Part shown: positions 1 to 11,088 of the stretch, piece after piece
How positions within the stretch are numbered: the first letter of the stretch is position 1
How the letters are laid out: each line of letters opens with the position of its first letter
Assembly: GCA_963734495.1 (NCBI GenBank)
Contig: CAVTHK010000009.1
Location: forward strand, 96,001 to 160,000
Source: an uncultured Spirochaetota bacterium
Lineage (GTDB): Bacteria > Spirochaetota > Spirochaetia > SZUA-6 > CAVTHK01
Direction: 5' to 3'
DNA length: 64,000 bases
The notes under the pieces: model-generated
Database searches by the model: none
What the model saw: the letters and a program-made list of their open reading frames with translations, nothing else
What the model was told of the DNA's origin: nothing
Program-made: the position numbers and the translations under genes

Positions 1-5
1 AATAC

Positions 6-770
6 GTGGTCGAGCACCCTGAGGTCTACATGCAGGGGCGCATGCTCCCGGGGCGCGCGATCACGAGGGAGTTCCTGGAGACGACGCGGTTCTTCTACGT
101 ATTCCAGGACCTCATCGGCCAGGTTCCGTTCAAGGGCGACTACAGCCCGTTCATCAACCGCTTCATGTTCACGACCACACCGGACGAGCGGGGCGTCGTG
201 GTCAACATGCTGCGAGCGCACCAGGTCGACGGCCGGCAGTCCGAGAGCCTCACGAGGGCCACGATCGACCTGTACCGCAACCTCGTGCCGCTGGTGGAAT
301 TCTTCCGAAAGCGGCTGCCGGGCTTTGCGCGCTGCACCCTGTGCGACGGCGAGCCGGAGCTGCAGCTGCGCGAGACTCGACGCATCGCCGGCGACTACAC
401 GCTGCGCGCCGAGGACGTCATAGGCGGCCGGTTTCACGACGACACGATTGCGGTCGGCGGATACTTTATCGATATCCACAACCCCAACGATTCCTCCGGA
501 ACGTGGAAGCTGCTGGAAAAGCCGTACGGCATCCCCTACCGGTGCCTGATCCCGCAGGGGCTTTCCAATGTCCTCGCGGCGGGGCGCTGCATCGCGGGCG
601 AGAAGGAAGCGGCGGCCTCCTACCGTGTCATGGCGACCTGCATGGCGATGGGGCAGGCGGCGGGCACCGCCGCGGCGCTGGCTGCCGCAAGGGGCGGCGC
701 GGTGCGCGAGGTGCCGCTCGCCGAGCTGCGCGGCCGGCTGGCGCGCGACGGCGCCATCCTGCAGGCCTGA
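6..770 (+). CDS. FAD-dependent oxidoreductase (FAD_oxidored/PF12831-like), C-terminal part; 5' end lies outside the window
   Basis: Motifs LRETRRIAGDYTL, DIHNP, YGIPYRCLIP, LAAGRCI and RVMATCMAMGQAAGTAAA are shared with three paralogs in the window. Confidence 0.85.
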   Translation: MVEHPEVYMQGRMLPGRAITREFLETTRFFYVFQDLIGQVPFKGDYSPFINRFMFTTTPDERGVVVNMLRAHQVDGRQSESLTRATIDLYRNLVPLVEFFRKRLPGFARCTLCDGEPELQLRETRRIAGDYTLRAEDVIGGRFHDDTIAVGGYFIDIHNPNDSSGTWKLLEKPYGIPYRCLIPQGLSNVLAAGRCIAGEKEAAASYRVMATCMAMGQAAGTAAALAAARGGAVREVPLAELRGRLARDGAILQA

Positions 771-810
771 CCGCGCGCGCGTTTCGTCGCCCGGCCCCGC
801 GGAGGATCAC

Positions 811-978
811 GTGAAGATCGTCATGACCTCGAGCGATTTCTCCGACGACTACCTCGAGATGTGCGCACAGCTCAGGCTATACGGGCTGGACACCATCCGC
901 GATCACTTGATCCCCGGGGGCGTGGGGTATCTCAAGGGTATGCTCAAGGCTCTGGAGACCCGCGCGGACTCAGTCTGA
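811..978 (+). pseudogene. 55-aa ORF resembling the fused N- and C-termini of a mannonate dehydratase (UxuA-like remnant)
   Basis: GGAGG at 801-805 and GTG at 811; translates as MKIVMTSSDFSDDYLEMCAQL...IRDHLIPGGVGYLKGMLKALE. Both ends resemble UxuA-family termini and the core is missing. Confidence 0.45.
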
Positions 979-990
979 AAGGAGCAGCAA

Positions 991-2316
991 ATGAGCGCAA
1001 CCCACAGCCCGCGGACCGCGCGGAGTGACGGTTTCGTCGCCTCCATCCTGAAGGGGGTGGAGATCCCCCGCGTAGTGCTCATCCGGCAGAACCTGGAAGG
1101 CCACGCGCTCGCGGACGTCGGCGCGGCCCTGCGGGGCGAGCTGCGCGCGCCGGGAACGCTCGACGCGGTCAAGCCGGGCATGCGGATCGCGATCACTGGG
1201 GGCAGCCGGGGCATCGACGCGTACCCGCTCCTGATGAAGGGTCTCGTCGACGAGCTCAGGCGGGTCGCGGCGCGGCCCTTTATCGTGCCCGCGATGGGCA
1301 GCCACGGCGGCGCCACGGCGCAGGGGCAGATCGAAGTCCTGGCGACCCTCGGGATCACCGAAGCGTCGATGGGCTGCCCGATCCTGTCGTCCATGGACGC
1401 CGTGCACATCGGCTCGACCGCCGCGGGGCTCCCGGTCTTCATGGACCGCCATGCCTGGGAGGCCGACGGCATCGTCCTGCTCAACCGGGTCAAGGCGCAC
1501 ACCGGCTTTGTCGGCGCCTGCGAAAGCGGCCTGGTCAAGATGATCGTCATCGGCCTCGGCAAGCAGAAGGGAGCGGAGTTCTGCCACTCCCAGGGCCTCG
1601 ACCGCATGCCCGCCAACATCCTGGCCATGGCGCAGGTTTCGCTCGCGACGGGGAAGATCCTGTTCGGTGTCGCCACCGTGGAAACGGCGCGCGACCGAGT
1701 CGCGGCCGTGCGGGCACTGCCTGCGCAGCGCATCGTCGCTGAGGAACCCGACCTCCTGCGCACAGCCAAGGCGAATATGCCCTCGCTGCCGGTGGCAGAG
1801 ACCGACGTGCTCGTCGTCGACGAGATCGGCAAGAACGTCTCCGGCGGAGGCATGGACCCGCACGTCATCGGGCGCTTCCCGAATCCCGCGATGGAAGGCG
1901 GCATCCGCTCGCAGCGTTTTGTCGTGCTCGGCATCACCACCGAGTCGGGCGGAAGCGGCATCGGCCTCGGCCGCGCCGATTTCACGACGCAGCGCGCCTT
2001 TGACTCCTTTGACTTTGAGCAGACCTACCCGAACGCCCTGACCTCGCGCGTGCTCGCCCCGAGCCGTATCCCGATCGTGCTGGCCAGCGACCGGCTCGCC
2101 ATCGCGGCCGCGATCAAGACGTGCATCGCCGTCGAGCCGGCGCAGACCAGGTTCGTTCGCGTCAAGAACTCCCTCGACGTCGAGTGCGTCTACGTGAGCG
2201 AGAACCTTCTCGAGGAGGCGCTCGCTTCCGGCCGCGCCACCGCCCTGGGAGGAGCCGCGCCGATCGCGTTCGACGAGCGCGGCAACATCGGCCCCTTTGC
2301 GCCGAGCCGTCGGTAA
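991..2316 (+). CDS. LarA-superfamily (lactate racemase domain / DUF362-like) protein, putative alpha-hydroxy-acid epimerase
   Basis: GGSRGI, PAMGSHGGAT, NRVKAHT, SGLVKMIVIGLGK, GKNVSGGGMDPHVIGR; RBS AAGGAG. Confidence 0.7.
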   Translation: MSATHSPRTARSDGFVASILKGVEIPRVVLIRQNLEGHALADVGAALRGELRAPGTLDAVKPGMRIAITGGSRGIDAYPLLMKGLVDELRRVAARPFIVPAMGSHGGATAQGQIEVLATLGITEASMGCPILSSMDAVHIGSTAAGLPVFMDRHAWEADGIVLLNRVKAHTGFVGACESGLVKMIVIGLGKQKGAEFCHSQGLDRMPANILAMAQVSLATGKILFGVATVETARDRVAAVRALPAQRIVAEEPDLLRTAKANMPSLPVAETDVLVVDEIGKNVSGGGMDPHVIGRFPNPAMEGGIRSQRFVVLGITTESGGSGIGLGRADFTTQRAFDSFDFEQTYPNALTSRVLAPSRIPIVLASDRLAIAAAIKTCIAVEPAQTRFVRVKNSLDVECVYVSENLLEEALASGRATALGGAAPIAFDERGNIGPFAPSRR

Positions 2317-2363
2317 AGGAGCCTGCAGCGCTGCCCTCATGGGCGCGCCGCGCGTCGCCCGCC

Positions 2364-3687
2364 TTACCCGAACAGAGCGGCCCCCGCCCGAGCGAGCGCA
2401 TCCTGCACCAGCGGAGCACGAAGCTGCCGCGGGGGGACTCCCTCCGCGGCGGCCAGCGCCGCGGCCGTGCCCGCCGCCTGCCCGATCGCCAGGCATATGC
2501 CCATGACCCGGTACGAGGCATGGGCGCGATGGGTGCCGGAAATGCAGCGCCCGGCGGTCAGCAGGTTGTCCAGTCCCGCCGGGAAGCAGGCACCGGTACG
2601 GGATATCGTAGCTCGGCGGCGACGCGGCCTGCCCCTCGGCCTGTCCGCCTCCCGTCGGGTTGTGGATGTCGATGAGGAACCAGGCGTTGTGCACGACCAC
2701 GTCCGCGAACTTCGCACCTGTTTCCACGTCGCGATCGCTCAGCACGTAGTCGCCGATGACCCGCCGCGTTTCGCGTACCCCCAGGGTCGAAGCCGAGCTC
2801 CTCACGCGGCAGGCCTCGTAGCCCGGCACCTGTTTCCGCAGAAACGCGACGACCATCTCGATCTGCGCGCGCAGCTCGACTTCGGCGCTCGCGATGCCGG
2901 CAAGCGTGAGCGTGTCGAATCCGTTCGCTTGTGTCGCGTTCACGTTCCTCTCACCTGCGTGAAAGGTTTTGTGCAGCCGGACGATCGTGACGTTCTCAGG
3001 CAGCTCGCCCCGCTCGCTCGCATGCCTGCACACTTCGGCGTACCCCCGGCCGTCGGCCAGGGTCACGTCGTCCGCTTCGCCGAAGCAAAAGATGGCGCGG
3101 CTCTCGTCCACGCCGGTCAGGGTGAACTCCAGGGTCGTGGGCTGAACGCGCCGGTCCGGTTCCCTGCCGACCTCGCAGCGTGCGCCTGACAGGTAGGAGA
3201 CCGACCCGTCTCCAGTCGCATCGATCACCGTCCGCCCAAGGAACGCCTGCGGCCCCGTCGGCGTGGCAACCACGACTCCTTTGACTGCGTTGCCCTCCTT
3301 GATGACATCGATGGCAGGCGCCTGCAGGTAGAACTGCACGCCGCTGCCGGCCACGAGCCTCGTGAGGATCCCCTTTGCTTCGTCAGGGTCGACATGCCCT
3401 TCTCGCCCGTTGCCTGTGACGAGCTCCTCGTCGCCGGGGTGGCCGCCTGCCAGGAGCCCCAGCATCTCGTCGGAGAAGGTCCGACGGGCCACCGTGCCCA
3501 GGATGGGGCTGATGTTGCCCAGCGTCAGGTTCCCGCCGAGGGCTCCGTACCTCTCGAGCAGCAGCGTCCTGGCACCTGCCCGGGCCGCGCTGACAGCTGC
3601 GGCGATGCCTGCCGGCCCGCCACCGACCACCACGACATCGTGCCGCCCGGCGATGTCGACCTGTCTGGCGTAGGTGAGGGTGTCCAT
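2364..3687 (-). CDS. FAD-dependent oxidoreductase (PF12831-like), frameshift near 2580
   Basis: DVVVVGGGPAG Rossmann motif, IDATGDG, RETRRVIGDY, DIHNP; the C-terminus (AGRCIS...GQAAGTAAA) continues in ORF 2364..2717. Confidence 0.85.
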
Positions 3688-3748
3688 GCGCTTCAGTACC
3701 GCGCGGCAGTGGTGGATTGTCAAGCACGCGGTGTCCCACGTTGTGCGC

Positions 3749-3798
3749 CGACGGGTTCATAGCCCGTCGTTGACCGACGCGGGGGGACGGCTTAGAAT
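3749..3798 (+). promoter_or_regulatory. sigma70-type promoter with an upstream inverted repeat
   Basis: TTGACC (3770-3775), 17-bp spacer, TAGAAT (3793-3798); inverted repeat CGACGGG-N7-CCCGTCG at 3749-3769 abuts the -35 box. Confidence 0.6.
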
Positions 3799-3907
3799 CG
3801 GGACCTCCGGTGCGGGTCAAGGCGGCGATGAGGGCAGGGTCCTTGCACGGCCGCACAGAGCCTGTCAGGCCGGAAAATCACGAAGCGCACGACGGACGGG
3901 CGGTGCA

Positions 3908-5311
3908 TTGGAAACGGGAAAGTTGACCCTGGATATCCCGGTCAAGATCGACTGCGACGTGCTGGTCGTCGGCGGCGGTCCGGCGGGAATAGCAGCGGCT
4001 GTGGCCGCGAGCCGGCATGGCGCGAGAACCGTGCTGCTCGAGCAGTACGGCTGTCTCGGCGGCATGGCCACGGTCGGCCTGGTCGGTCCCTTCATGACCT
4101 CCTTTGATACCGAGGGCAAAGAGCAGATCGTCAAGGGCATCTTCATGGAGTTGGTGCGTCGGATGATCGCCGAGGGGGGCGCCATCGACCCCGCCGACGT
4201 TCCGCCGGGGACCGACTACGTTTCGTTCATCCACGAAGCGCATCAGAACGCGACTCCCTTTGACCCGGAAGTGATGAAGTACGCCGCCATGGAGCTCGTT
4301 CTCGAGGCCGGCGTCGATGTGCGCCTCCACGCCCGCCTGGTCAAGGTTCGCACGAAAGGCAAGCGAATCGATTCCGTCCTGTTCTCGGAAAAGGGGGGAC
4401 TCGCGCTCGGCCGGGCAAAGGTCGTGGTCGACGCCACCGGCGACGGCGATGCCGCGGCTCTGGCAGGCAACCCGTTTGAGAAAGGCCGCAAGGGCGACGG
4501 CAGGCTCCAGCCGGCTTCGCTGTTCCTGCGGATCGCCGGCGTCGACGACGCGAAGGTGGCCGCCTGGGCCAGGGCCAACATGGGGCCGGGGAAGCGCCTC
4601 TTCGAGGCCCTCGTCGCGCAGGCGAGGAGGGACGGCAAGTTTCCGAAGAACTGCCCGCGCGAAGCGGTCGGCCTCTACCGCCAGCCGCGCAGTGGCGAGT
4701 GGCGGGTCAACACCTCTCGCATCCTCGACGTCGACGGCTCCGACCCTGACAGTCTCACGAAGGCCGAGATCGAGGGACGCCGCCAGGCCCGCGACCTGGT
4801 GCGTTTCTTCAACCAGTACTGCCCCGGCCTGGAAAAGGCGTACCTGGTCGACACGGGCGCGCAGGTCGGCATCCGCGAGACCCGCAGGATCGAGGGCCTG
4901 TACACGCTCACAAGGGACGACGTGGAGAACGCCCATCGCTTTGACGATGCCATCGCGCGCTATTCCTTCTTCATGGACATACACAATCCCGCGGGTCAAG
5001 GTCAGGAGACCCACCAGGCGCTCTACATCAAAGGCGGGCGCTTCTTCGACATCCCCTATCGCTGCCTGGTCCCGAGCCGCATCATGAACCTGCTGGTCGG
5101 CGGCCGATGCATCTCGGCGGACCACCAGGCCAACGGCGCCATCCGGGTGATGCCGGCCTGTTTCGCGACGGGCCAGGCCGCGGGCACCGCGGCGGCGATG
5201 GCAGCGCAAGGGCGGGCTCGCGCCCGCGGACGTCGACGTAGTGGCGCTGCGCAGCGCCCTGAGCGCCGACGGCTGCGTCGTCTGACGATGAGGTTTGTCG
5301 GCGACCCGTAG
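3908..5311 (+). CDS. FAD-dependent oxidoreductase (PF12831-like); probable frameshift near the 3' end
   Basis: TTG start at 3908; DVLVVGGGPAG, LGGMATVG, VDATGDGD, RETRRIEG, DIHNP, IPYRCLVP, RVMPACFATGQAAG. Confidence 0.88.
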   Translation: METGKLTLDIPVKIDCDVLVVGGGPAGIAAAVAASRHGARTVLLEQYGCLGGMATVGLVGPFMTSFDTEGKEQIVKGIFMELVRRMIAEGGAIDPADVPPGTDYVSFIHEAHQNATPFDPEVMKYAAMELVLEAGVDVRLHARLVKVRTKGKRIDSVLFSEKGGLALGRAKVVVDATGDGDAAALAGNPFEKGRKGDGRLQPASLFLRIAGVDDAKVAAWARANMGPGKRLFEALVAQARRDGKFPKNCPREAVGLYRQPRSGEWRVNTSRILDVDGSDPDSLTKAEIEGRRQARDLVRFFNQYCPGLEKAYLVDTGAQVGIRETRRIEGLYTLTRDDVENAHRFDDAIARYSFFMDIHNPAGQGQETHQALYIKGGRFFDIPYRCLVPSRIMNLLVGGRCISADHQANGAIRVMPACFATGQAAGTAAAMAAQGRARARGRRRSGAAQRPERRRLRRLTMRFVGDP

Positions 5312-5343
5312 GGCCGCCGCGAATGCACAAGAGGAGGATCAGC

Positions 5344-6675
5344 ATGAAGGTCACACGCGTCCTGTTCGCCTCTGCTCACGGGGCTCGCGCTCGCGAGCGC
5401 TGCGCAGGTCTTTGCCGCGGGCGGGAACGGAAGGAGCCGCACCGGCCAACAAGGCGGAGCCGGTGGTCCTGGAGGTCATCAGCCACGCGGTCCACAAGTC
5501 GGTGGCCACGACGGGCCGGGCGGCGACATCGTCGCGGACATCGTCAAGAAAGGCGGCCTGGTCAAGGGCGTCAACTGGAACACGCTCGAGATCGGTCCCC
5601 TGCACGATCGCCTCTTCCGCGAGGCCTCTCTGCCCGCCACCGACGTGGCGGTCGCGTACCTCCTGAACACCTACGCCCTGCCGCGCGTGGCGAACCTCCT
5701 GGAGCCGCTGGACGAGTACATGAAGAGGGCGCCGATCGAAGGGTTCAAGGAGAACTTCGGCGCCGGGATGCTCAACACGCTCACTTTCAACGGCAAGCTC
5801 TACGGCATCCCCATGCGCGCCGCTTCGCACTCCTTTGGCTACAACGCGGACATCTTCAAGGAGCGCGGGGTCGCCGCCCCGCCGAAGACCCCGGAGGAGT
5901 TCTACGAGATCGCCAAGAAGTGCACCTTCAAGACGACCCGACGGGACGCAGGTCTACGGGTACATCGAGCAGTCGCACTACTACTACACTGGAGTGACCA
6001 GCGCCGCCCGCATGTGGGACGGCGACTTTATCACGCAGGACTTCAAGGTGGTCTGCAACGAGAAGCCGATGGTCAACGCGATCACGATGCTGGCCAGGTT
6101 CTACAAGGAAGGCATCCTTCCCGCAGAACCTCCCCTCGACCCAGCACGCCGAGAAGCAGCGCATGATGGAGCAGGGCACCGTCGCCATGACTTTCGACGT
6201 CGTGGGCAAGATCTGGAGCTGGAGGAAGAACGCGGTCTACAAGAACATCGAGGTGACGCTTTCGCCGATGACCCCCGAAGTGCGGGCAAAGTACGGCGAG
6301 TACCCGCCGGTGAACACCGAGTTCTGGTCGTTCGCGATCCCGAAGAACTCGAAGTACAAGCAGCAGGGCTGGGAGCTCGATCCGCGAGCTGTCGAGCGCC
6401 GACGGCGCGCTCCGCATGGCCATGAACGGCAATGGCCCGACGCGCGAGTCGGTGTTCAAGGACCCGAAGTACGCACAGCTGATCCCCTACGCCGACGTGG
6501 CCATGAAGATCTCGCGCAACGCCAGGGTCCCGATCCGGGCGTTCGACAAGGCGCCTCAGGCGATGGAGCTCATCGACTCCTACATCGAGAAAGGCTCTTC
6601 GGGCAGATGACGCCGCAGGCGGCCATGGATGAGCTGGCCAAGAAGCTCAAGGAGCTCAGCACCGAGCTCAAGTAG
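5344..6675 (+). CDS. Carbohydrate-type ABC transporter solute-binding protein (several frameshifts)
   Basis: RBS GAGGAG; signal peptide; LEPLDEYM, NGKLYGIP, YNADIF, PPKTPEEF, FAIPKNS and MTPQAAMDEL spread over frames. Confidence 0.8.
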
Positions 6676-6749
6676 CAGACGGCGGGTCCCGTCGGCCCGG
6701 GCGCAGGCGCCGGGGGACGGGCCTCTCGCTCCGCGGTCGAGGTGACTCC

Positions 6750-7639
6750 GTGACCTCCAGAGCGGTTTCTCACCTACGTCTTCCCGATCCTCATGCTGCT
6801 GCCGGCCCTGCTGCTGCTGGTGCTCTTTATACGTGCTGCCGGCCGTTCGGACCATCAGATGAGCTTCTACCGCGTGACGTTCGGGATGCCGGACGAGTAC
6901 GTCGGATTAGCGAACTACGTGCAGACCTTCAAGGACGAGGTGTTCAAGACCGCGTTCTGGAACACGATGATGTTCTCGTTCGCAGTGGTGGCGGGCGAGG
7001 TCCTCGTCGGACTGGCGGCGGCGGTGCTGATGAGCACCGGGTTCAAGTTCCAACGGCTGATCATCTCGCTCGTCATGGTGCCCTTACGCGGTCAGCGAAG
7101 TCGTGGCCGCGATCATCTGGAAGTACATGCTCGACCCCGACGTCGGCATCGTGAACTATCTGTTTCACTCGCTCGCGGGGCTGCCCCAGATCCAGTGGGC
7201 CTCCAGACCCGCGCAGGCCTGGATCGTGATCATCCTGATGCGCGTCTGGATCAACTTCCCCTTCAGCTTCCTCATCATCTACTCGTCGATCATCGGGATC
7301 GCGCAGGAGCTCTACGAGAGCGTCTACATCGACGGGGCCACCAACTGGCAGGCCTTCCGGGCGATTACGCTCCCCCTGGCGACGCCGTCGATCATGGTGG
7401 CTACGATCTTTGCGTTCGTGTTCGCGTTCCGCAACTTCGCCACGGTCTGGATCATGACGCGCGGCGGCCCGATGCACCGCACCGAGTTGCTTTCGACGCT
7501 GTTGTACAAGCAGGGCTTCACGTTCTGGGAGTTCGGGATGGCGTCCGCGATCGCGGTCGTTATGACCGTTCTCACATTCGTGATCGCCTCCTACTATCTG
7601 CGCGACATGTACAAGCAAATGTTCCTGAAGAGCCGGTAG
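6750..7639 (+). CDS. Carbohydrate ABC transporter permease (MalF-like), frameshifted
   Basis: YVGLANY, hydrophobic helices, ELYESVYIDGA (EAA loop), MTRGGP. Confidence 0.85.
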
Positions 7640-7648
7640 GGAGGGGCC

Positions 7649-8481
7649 ATGTTCCAGAAGACGGCGTTCTTCAGGTTCTGCGGCGGCTCGGGCTCGTCGT
7701 GCTGCTTCTGTGGGCCTGCTTCCCGGTGTTCTTGCTGTTCCTGTCGACCTTTAAAGCGCCGATGGAGATCTTCAAGTTCCCGCCGACCTTGCTCTTCAAG
7801 CCGACGCTCGAGAACTTCGTCGACGATGGTCAGGACTGGCCGGTCTTCTTCAGGGCGCTGCGCAACAGCGCCATCGTGGCGTTCGGCGCCTCCGTGTTCA
7901 CCGTGCTGGTTTCCACGCCGGCGGGTTACGCGCTTTCGCGCTACCGCAACCGCGTCCTCGAGGGCTCGGCCTTCTTCATGCTGGCCGTGCGCATGTACCC
8001 GCCGATCGTGCTCACCATACCGCTTTTTCCGGCCCTCTCGGCGGCGGGCCTGATCGACACCTACTGGGCGCTGATCCTGATCTACAGCGCTTTCTACGTC
8101 AGCCTCTCGTCGTGGCTGATGAAGACCTACATGGACGAGGTGCCGGTCGAGCTCGAGGAGGCGGCCGTCATCGACGGGGCCAGCGTCTTCCAGCGCGCCA
8201 TGCACGTCGTGATCCCGCTCTCGCTCCACGGGATCGTGGCGACGGCGATCTTCGTGACGATCTTCGCGTGGAAGGAGTACACGCTGGCCTACATCTTTAC
8301 GGGCACGAAGACCCGCACCGCGCCCCTGGTGCTCGAGGAGATGATCAGCCCGGTCACCGGCGTGAGCTGGGGGCCGCTGTTCGCGGCCTCAACGACGCAG
8401 CTCCTGCCGATCCTCGTCTTTATCTGGATGATCCAGAGCTACCTGGTCAAAGGCCTCAAGACGGGGGCGGTCAAAGGATGA
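7649..8481 (+). CDS. Carbohydrate ABC transporter permease (MalG-like), frameshift near the 5' end
   Basis: PTLENF, ELEEAAVIDGA, C-terminal GLKTGAVKG. Confidence 0.85.
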
Positions 8482-9353
8482 AGGCTACGGATGCGGGCGC
8501 GCTGGCGTCCGGGATGCTGCTGGCCCACCCGGGCCTGAGCCGCTTCGAGCCCATGAAGCGGATCGTCTTCTTCGACGACTTCGACAACGGCATCGACGGA
8601 TGGACCGAGCTGATCGGCAACTACGAGGGCAGCCTCGACACGGTGCTCCCGCCCTACCGCGATCACCGGCCGCCGCAGCTTTCCAACCTCTCGATGTGGG
8701 ACACGGGCAGCGTTGGCTCAATGGACGGCACCTACGCGCTCAAGATCGCGACCCGCCCCCGCAAGGGACACCAGGCGGTCGCTCTCAAGCGCGTCACCTT
8801 CCGCAAGGCGGGACCGATCCGCCTGGAGGCCTTCTTCACCTTCAAGCCCGAGGCGAGGGAATTGCTGCTCTCGGACCAGGACGTGCGCTCAGTAGGGCTG
8901 GCGTTCGACCTGCAGGACGATCGGGAGCGGGTAATGCCGCACCTGCGCTACCTGAACTCCCTCGACGGCAGGGCCGAGCAGAAGTGGCAGTACAAGCGCG
9001 AGACCACACCGTTCAGGAAGATCGGCCCCAGCGGCAAGACCGTGTCGCACTACCACCTGGCTCCGGAGGGATGGCTCGACGTGCCTGGCGGGACGCAGAA
9101 GCTGTGCTACAACGAGATCGCCACCAAGCACAACTGGCACTACCTCCGCCTCGACTTCGACCTCGCCTCGATGAAGTTCCTCGCATTCCAGTGCAACGAC
9201 CGCGCCTTGGATGTCTCGGGCCTCGAGTGCATCCGCATCCCGGCGATGGCCAATCTCTGGTGCATGCTCAACGTGGTGTTCTTCGCCGAGGCCGACGCGG
9301 ACAAGCGCGCGTTCTTCTACCTCGACTCGGTGCTGCTCTCGGGGGATTTCTAG
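8478..9353 (+). CDS. Conserved hypothetical protein (DUF6772-like, from memory), copy 1
   Basis: ATGA overlap with the permease; FDDFDNGIDGW, GSMDGTYALKIATRP and KLCYNE...NWHY are shared with the paralog at 11507-12466. Confidence 0.75.
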   Translation: MKATDAGALASGMLLAHPGLSRFEPMKRIVFFDDFDNGIDGWTELIGNYEGSLDTVLPPYRDHRPPQLSNLSMWDTGSVGSMDGTYALKIATRPRKGHQAVALKRVTFRKAGPIRLEAFFTFKPEARELLLSDQDVRSVGLAFDLQDDRERVMPHLRYLNSLDGRAEQKWQYKRETTPFRKIGPSGKTVSHYHLAPEGWLDVPGGTQKLCYNEIATKHNWHYLRLDFDLASMKFLAFQCNDRALDVSGLECIRIPAMANLWCMLNVVFFAEADADKRAFFYLDSVLLSGDF

Positions 9354-9677
9354 ATGGTCAGGCGAAGCACGAACGCCGTGATCGAGCGCAACGTCGTCTG
9401 GACCGGGCCGTTCGAGACCGAGCCGTACGAGGCGGGGTGGGCCGCCGAGGCTGTGTTCTTTGTCCGCTCCCTCGAGGGAGCGGCGGAGGGCGCGGTGGCG
9501 CGGGTGCAGATCACGCCCGACGGCATGCACTGGTGCGACGAGGGTACGACTCTCGCGTTGCCTGCCGCGGGCCAGACGACATTCTGCAGGGTCACCAACT
9601 TCGGCAACTGGCTCCGCCTCGTCGGCAGCACGGAACAGCCGATCACGGTGCTCGTGACGCTCTCGCTCAAGGAGTGA
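9354..9677 (+). CDS. Small conserved beta-rich protein (DUF6385-like, from memory), copy 1
   Basis: Directly abuts the upstream gene; TEPYEAGWA-EA-FFVR, DG-W-DEG and FG-WLRL are shared with 11175-11510. Confidence 0.75.
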   Translation: MVRRSTNAVIERNVVWTGPFETEPYEAGWAAEAVFFVRSLEGAAEGAVARVQITPDGMHWCDEGTTLALPAAGQTTFCRVTNFGNWLRLVGSTEQPITVLVTLSLKE

Positions 9678-11088
9678 TGCGCGCCGGGTCGGCTGCGCCC
9701 TGCTCCCGCACGCCCGCGTCCACGAGCCCGCCAAGGTCGGTGATCCGTCTGCGCAACTCCGCAGTGTCCACCTCCCTCACCTTGCCGCTGCCCCGCGCGG
9801 CCATCGCCGCGGCCACCCCGGCCGCCTGGCCGGTGGCCATGGCCGTGCCCATGACGCGCGCGGAGCCGTGGGCTTCGTGTGTGACCGAGATCGGCCTGCC
9901 GGCCACGAGGACGTTCTCGACGCCGAGCGGCAGCAGGCAGCGGTATGGGATCTGGTAGGCGCCGACGCGCCGGCGCACCTGGGCGTTGGTGCCGGCGGGC
10001 GAGTGGATGTCGATCACGTGACCGCCAAGGGCGATGGCGTCGGCGAACCTGCGGCGCTCGGTGATGTCCTCCTCGCTGAGCGTGTACTCGCCCCTGATCC
10101 TGCGGGTCTCGCGGATCCCTATCTGCGCGGCGGTGTCGATCAGGTACGCTCCGCGGAACTCCGGAAAGTGGTCGCGGAGAAAGTCGACAAACTTGTGCAC
10201 GTGGTCGCGCCCCGTGATCGCGCTGCGCGTGAGCGTGTCCGTGTCGGTCGCGTCGCCCCACAGGCGAACCATGTTGACCATGACCTCCCCCGGGCGGATC
10301 GTGCTGCCCCAAAAAGTCCACGGGCCGCCGAACACCGGCAGCTCGCCGGAGGCCACGAGGGCCTCGGCCTTCTGGCGCACCGCAGGCGGCACGTAGGGCC
10401 GCGTGATGTCGCCGAGAGCCGCCGTGTCTACACCGCCGAGGCGGAACATGAGGGTCATGGGCTGCAGCGCGCCGTCGCCCGGCCGGCCGGCCTCAAACGG
10501 AGCGCCGGCCATGGCCGCCACGTCCGCGTCGCCGGTGGCGTCGACGACGACTCGCCCGGCAATCGCCGCCCGGCCGGACTTGCTCTCCACGATGACGGCC
10601 GCGACCCGGGCGCCGTCGCGGGAGACCGCAACCGCGAGGGAATGGCAGTGCATGCGCACGCCGGCCTCGCGCGCCAACTGGTCGGCCACCCACTTGAGCA
10701 TTTCGGAGTCAAAGGGCACGTCGCCGCGATTGCCGCCGCCTGTCGCGGAAACCGCCGGACCGTCGCCGGTGCCGTCGGCCACCCCGGTGTAGTCAAAGGT
10801 GTCCAGCAGCGCGCCTCCGTTGCGCACCAGGCGTTCTACGATCTCCCAGGGGACCCCACCGATGATCCGTCCGTCGCCGTAGCGGTGGCGGGCCCCGGCG
10901 AAAGGGCCGACGAGACCCGCCGTTGCCATCCCGCCGAGAAAGCCGTAGCGCTCGACGAGGGCCGTCCTCGCCCCCTGGCGCGAGGCAGCCACGGCTGCGC
11001 ACAGCCCCGCCGGCCCTCCACCCACGACCAGCACGTCGGTCTGCTCGATGACCGGGATGCGGCGTTCGGGTTCTGTGACATACATCAT
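9667..11088 (-). CDS. FAD-dependent oxidoreductase (PF12831-like)
   Basis: DVLVVGGGPAG, LGGMATAG, VDATGDAD, RETRRIRGEY, DIHSP, IPYRCLLP, RVMGTAMATGQAAG. Confidence 0.9.
   Translation of the reverse strand: MMYVTEPERRIPVIEQTDVLVVGGGPAGLCAAVAASRQGARTALVERYGFLGGMATAGLVGPFAGARHRYGDGRIIGGVPWEIVERLVRNGGALLDTFDYTGVADGTGDGPAVSATGGGNRGDVPFDSEMLKWVADQLAREAGVRMHCHSLAVAVSRDGARVAAVIVESKSGRAAIAGRVVVDATGDADVAAMAGAPFEAGRPGDGALQPMTLMFRLGGVDTAALGDITRPYVPPAVRQKAEALVASGELPVFGGPWTFWGSTIRPGEVMVNMVRLWGDATDTDTLTRSAITGRDHVHKFVDFLRDHFPEFRGAYLIDTAAQIGIRETRRIRGEYTLSEEDITERRRFADAIALGGHVIDIHSPAGTNAQVRRRVGAYQIPYRCLLPLGVENVLVAGRPISVTHEAHGSARVMGTAMATGQAAGVAAAMAARGSGKVREVDTAELRRRITDLGGLVDAGVREQGAADPARITP

Noticed and set aside
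970-3723. 917-aa ORF suggesting a large flavoprotein fusion
   Set aside because: A frameshift near 2580 runs the oxidoreductase into the antisense frame of the LarA-like gene.
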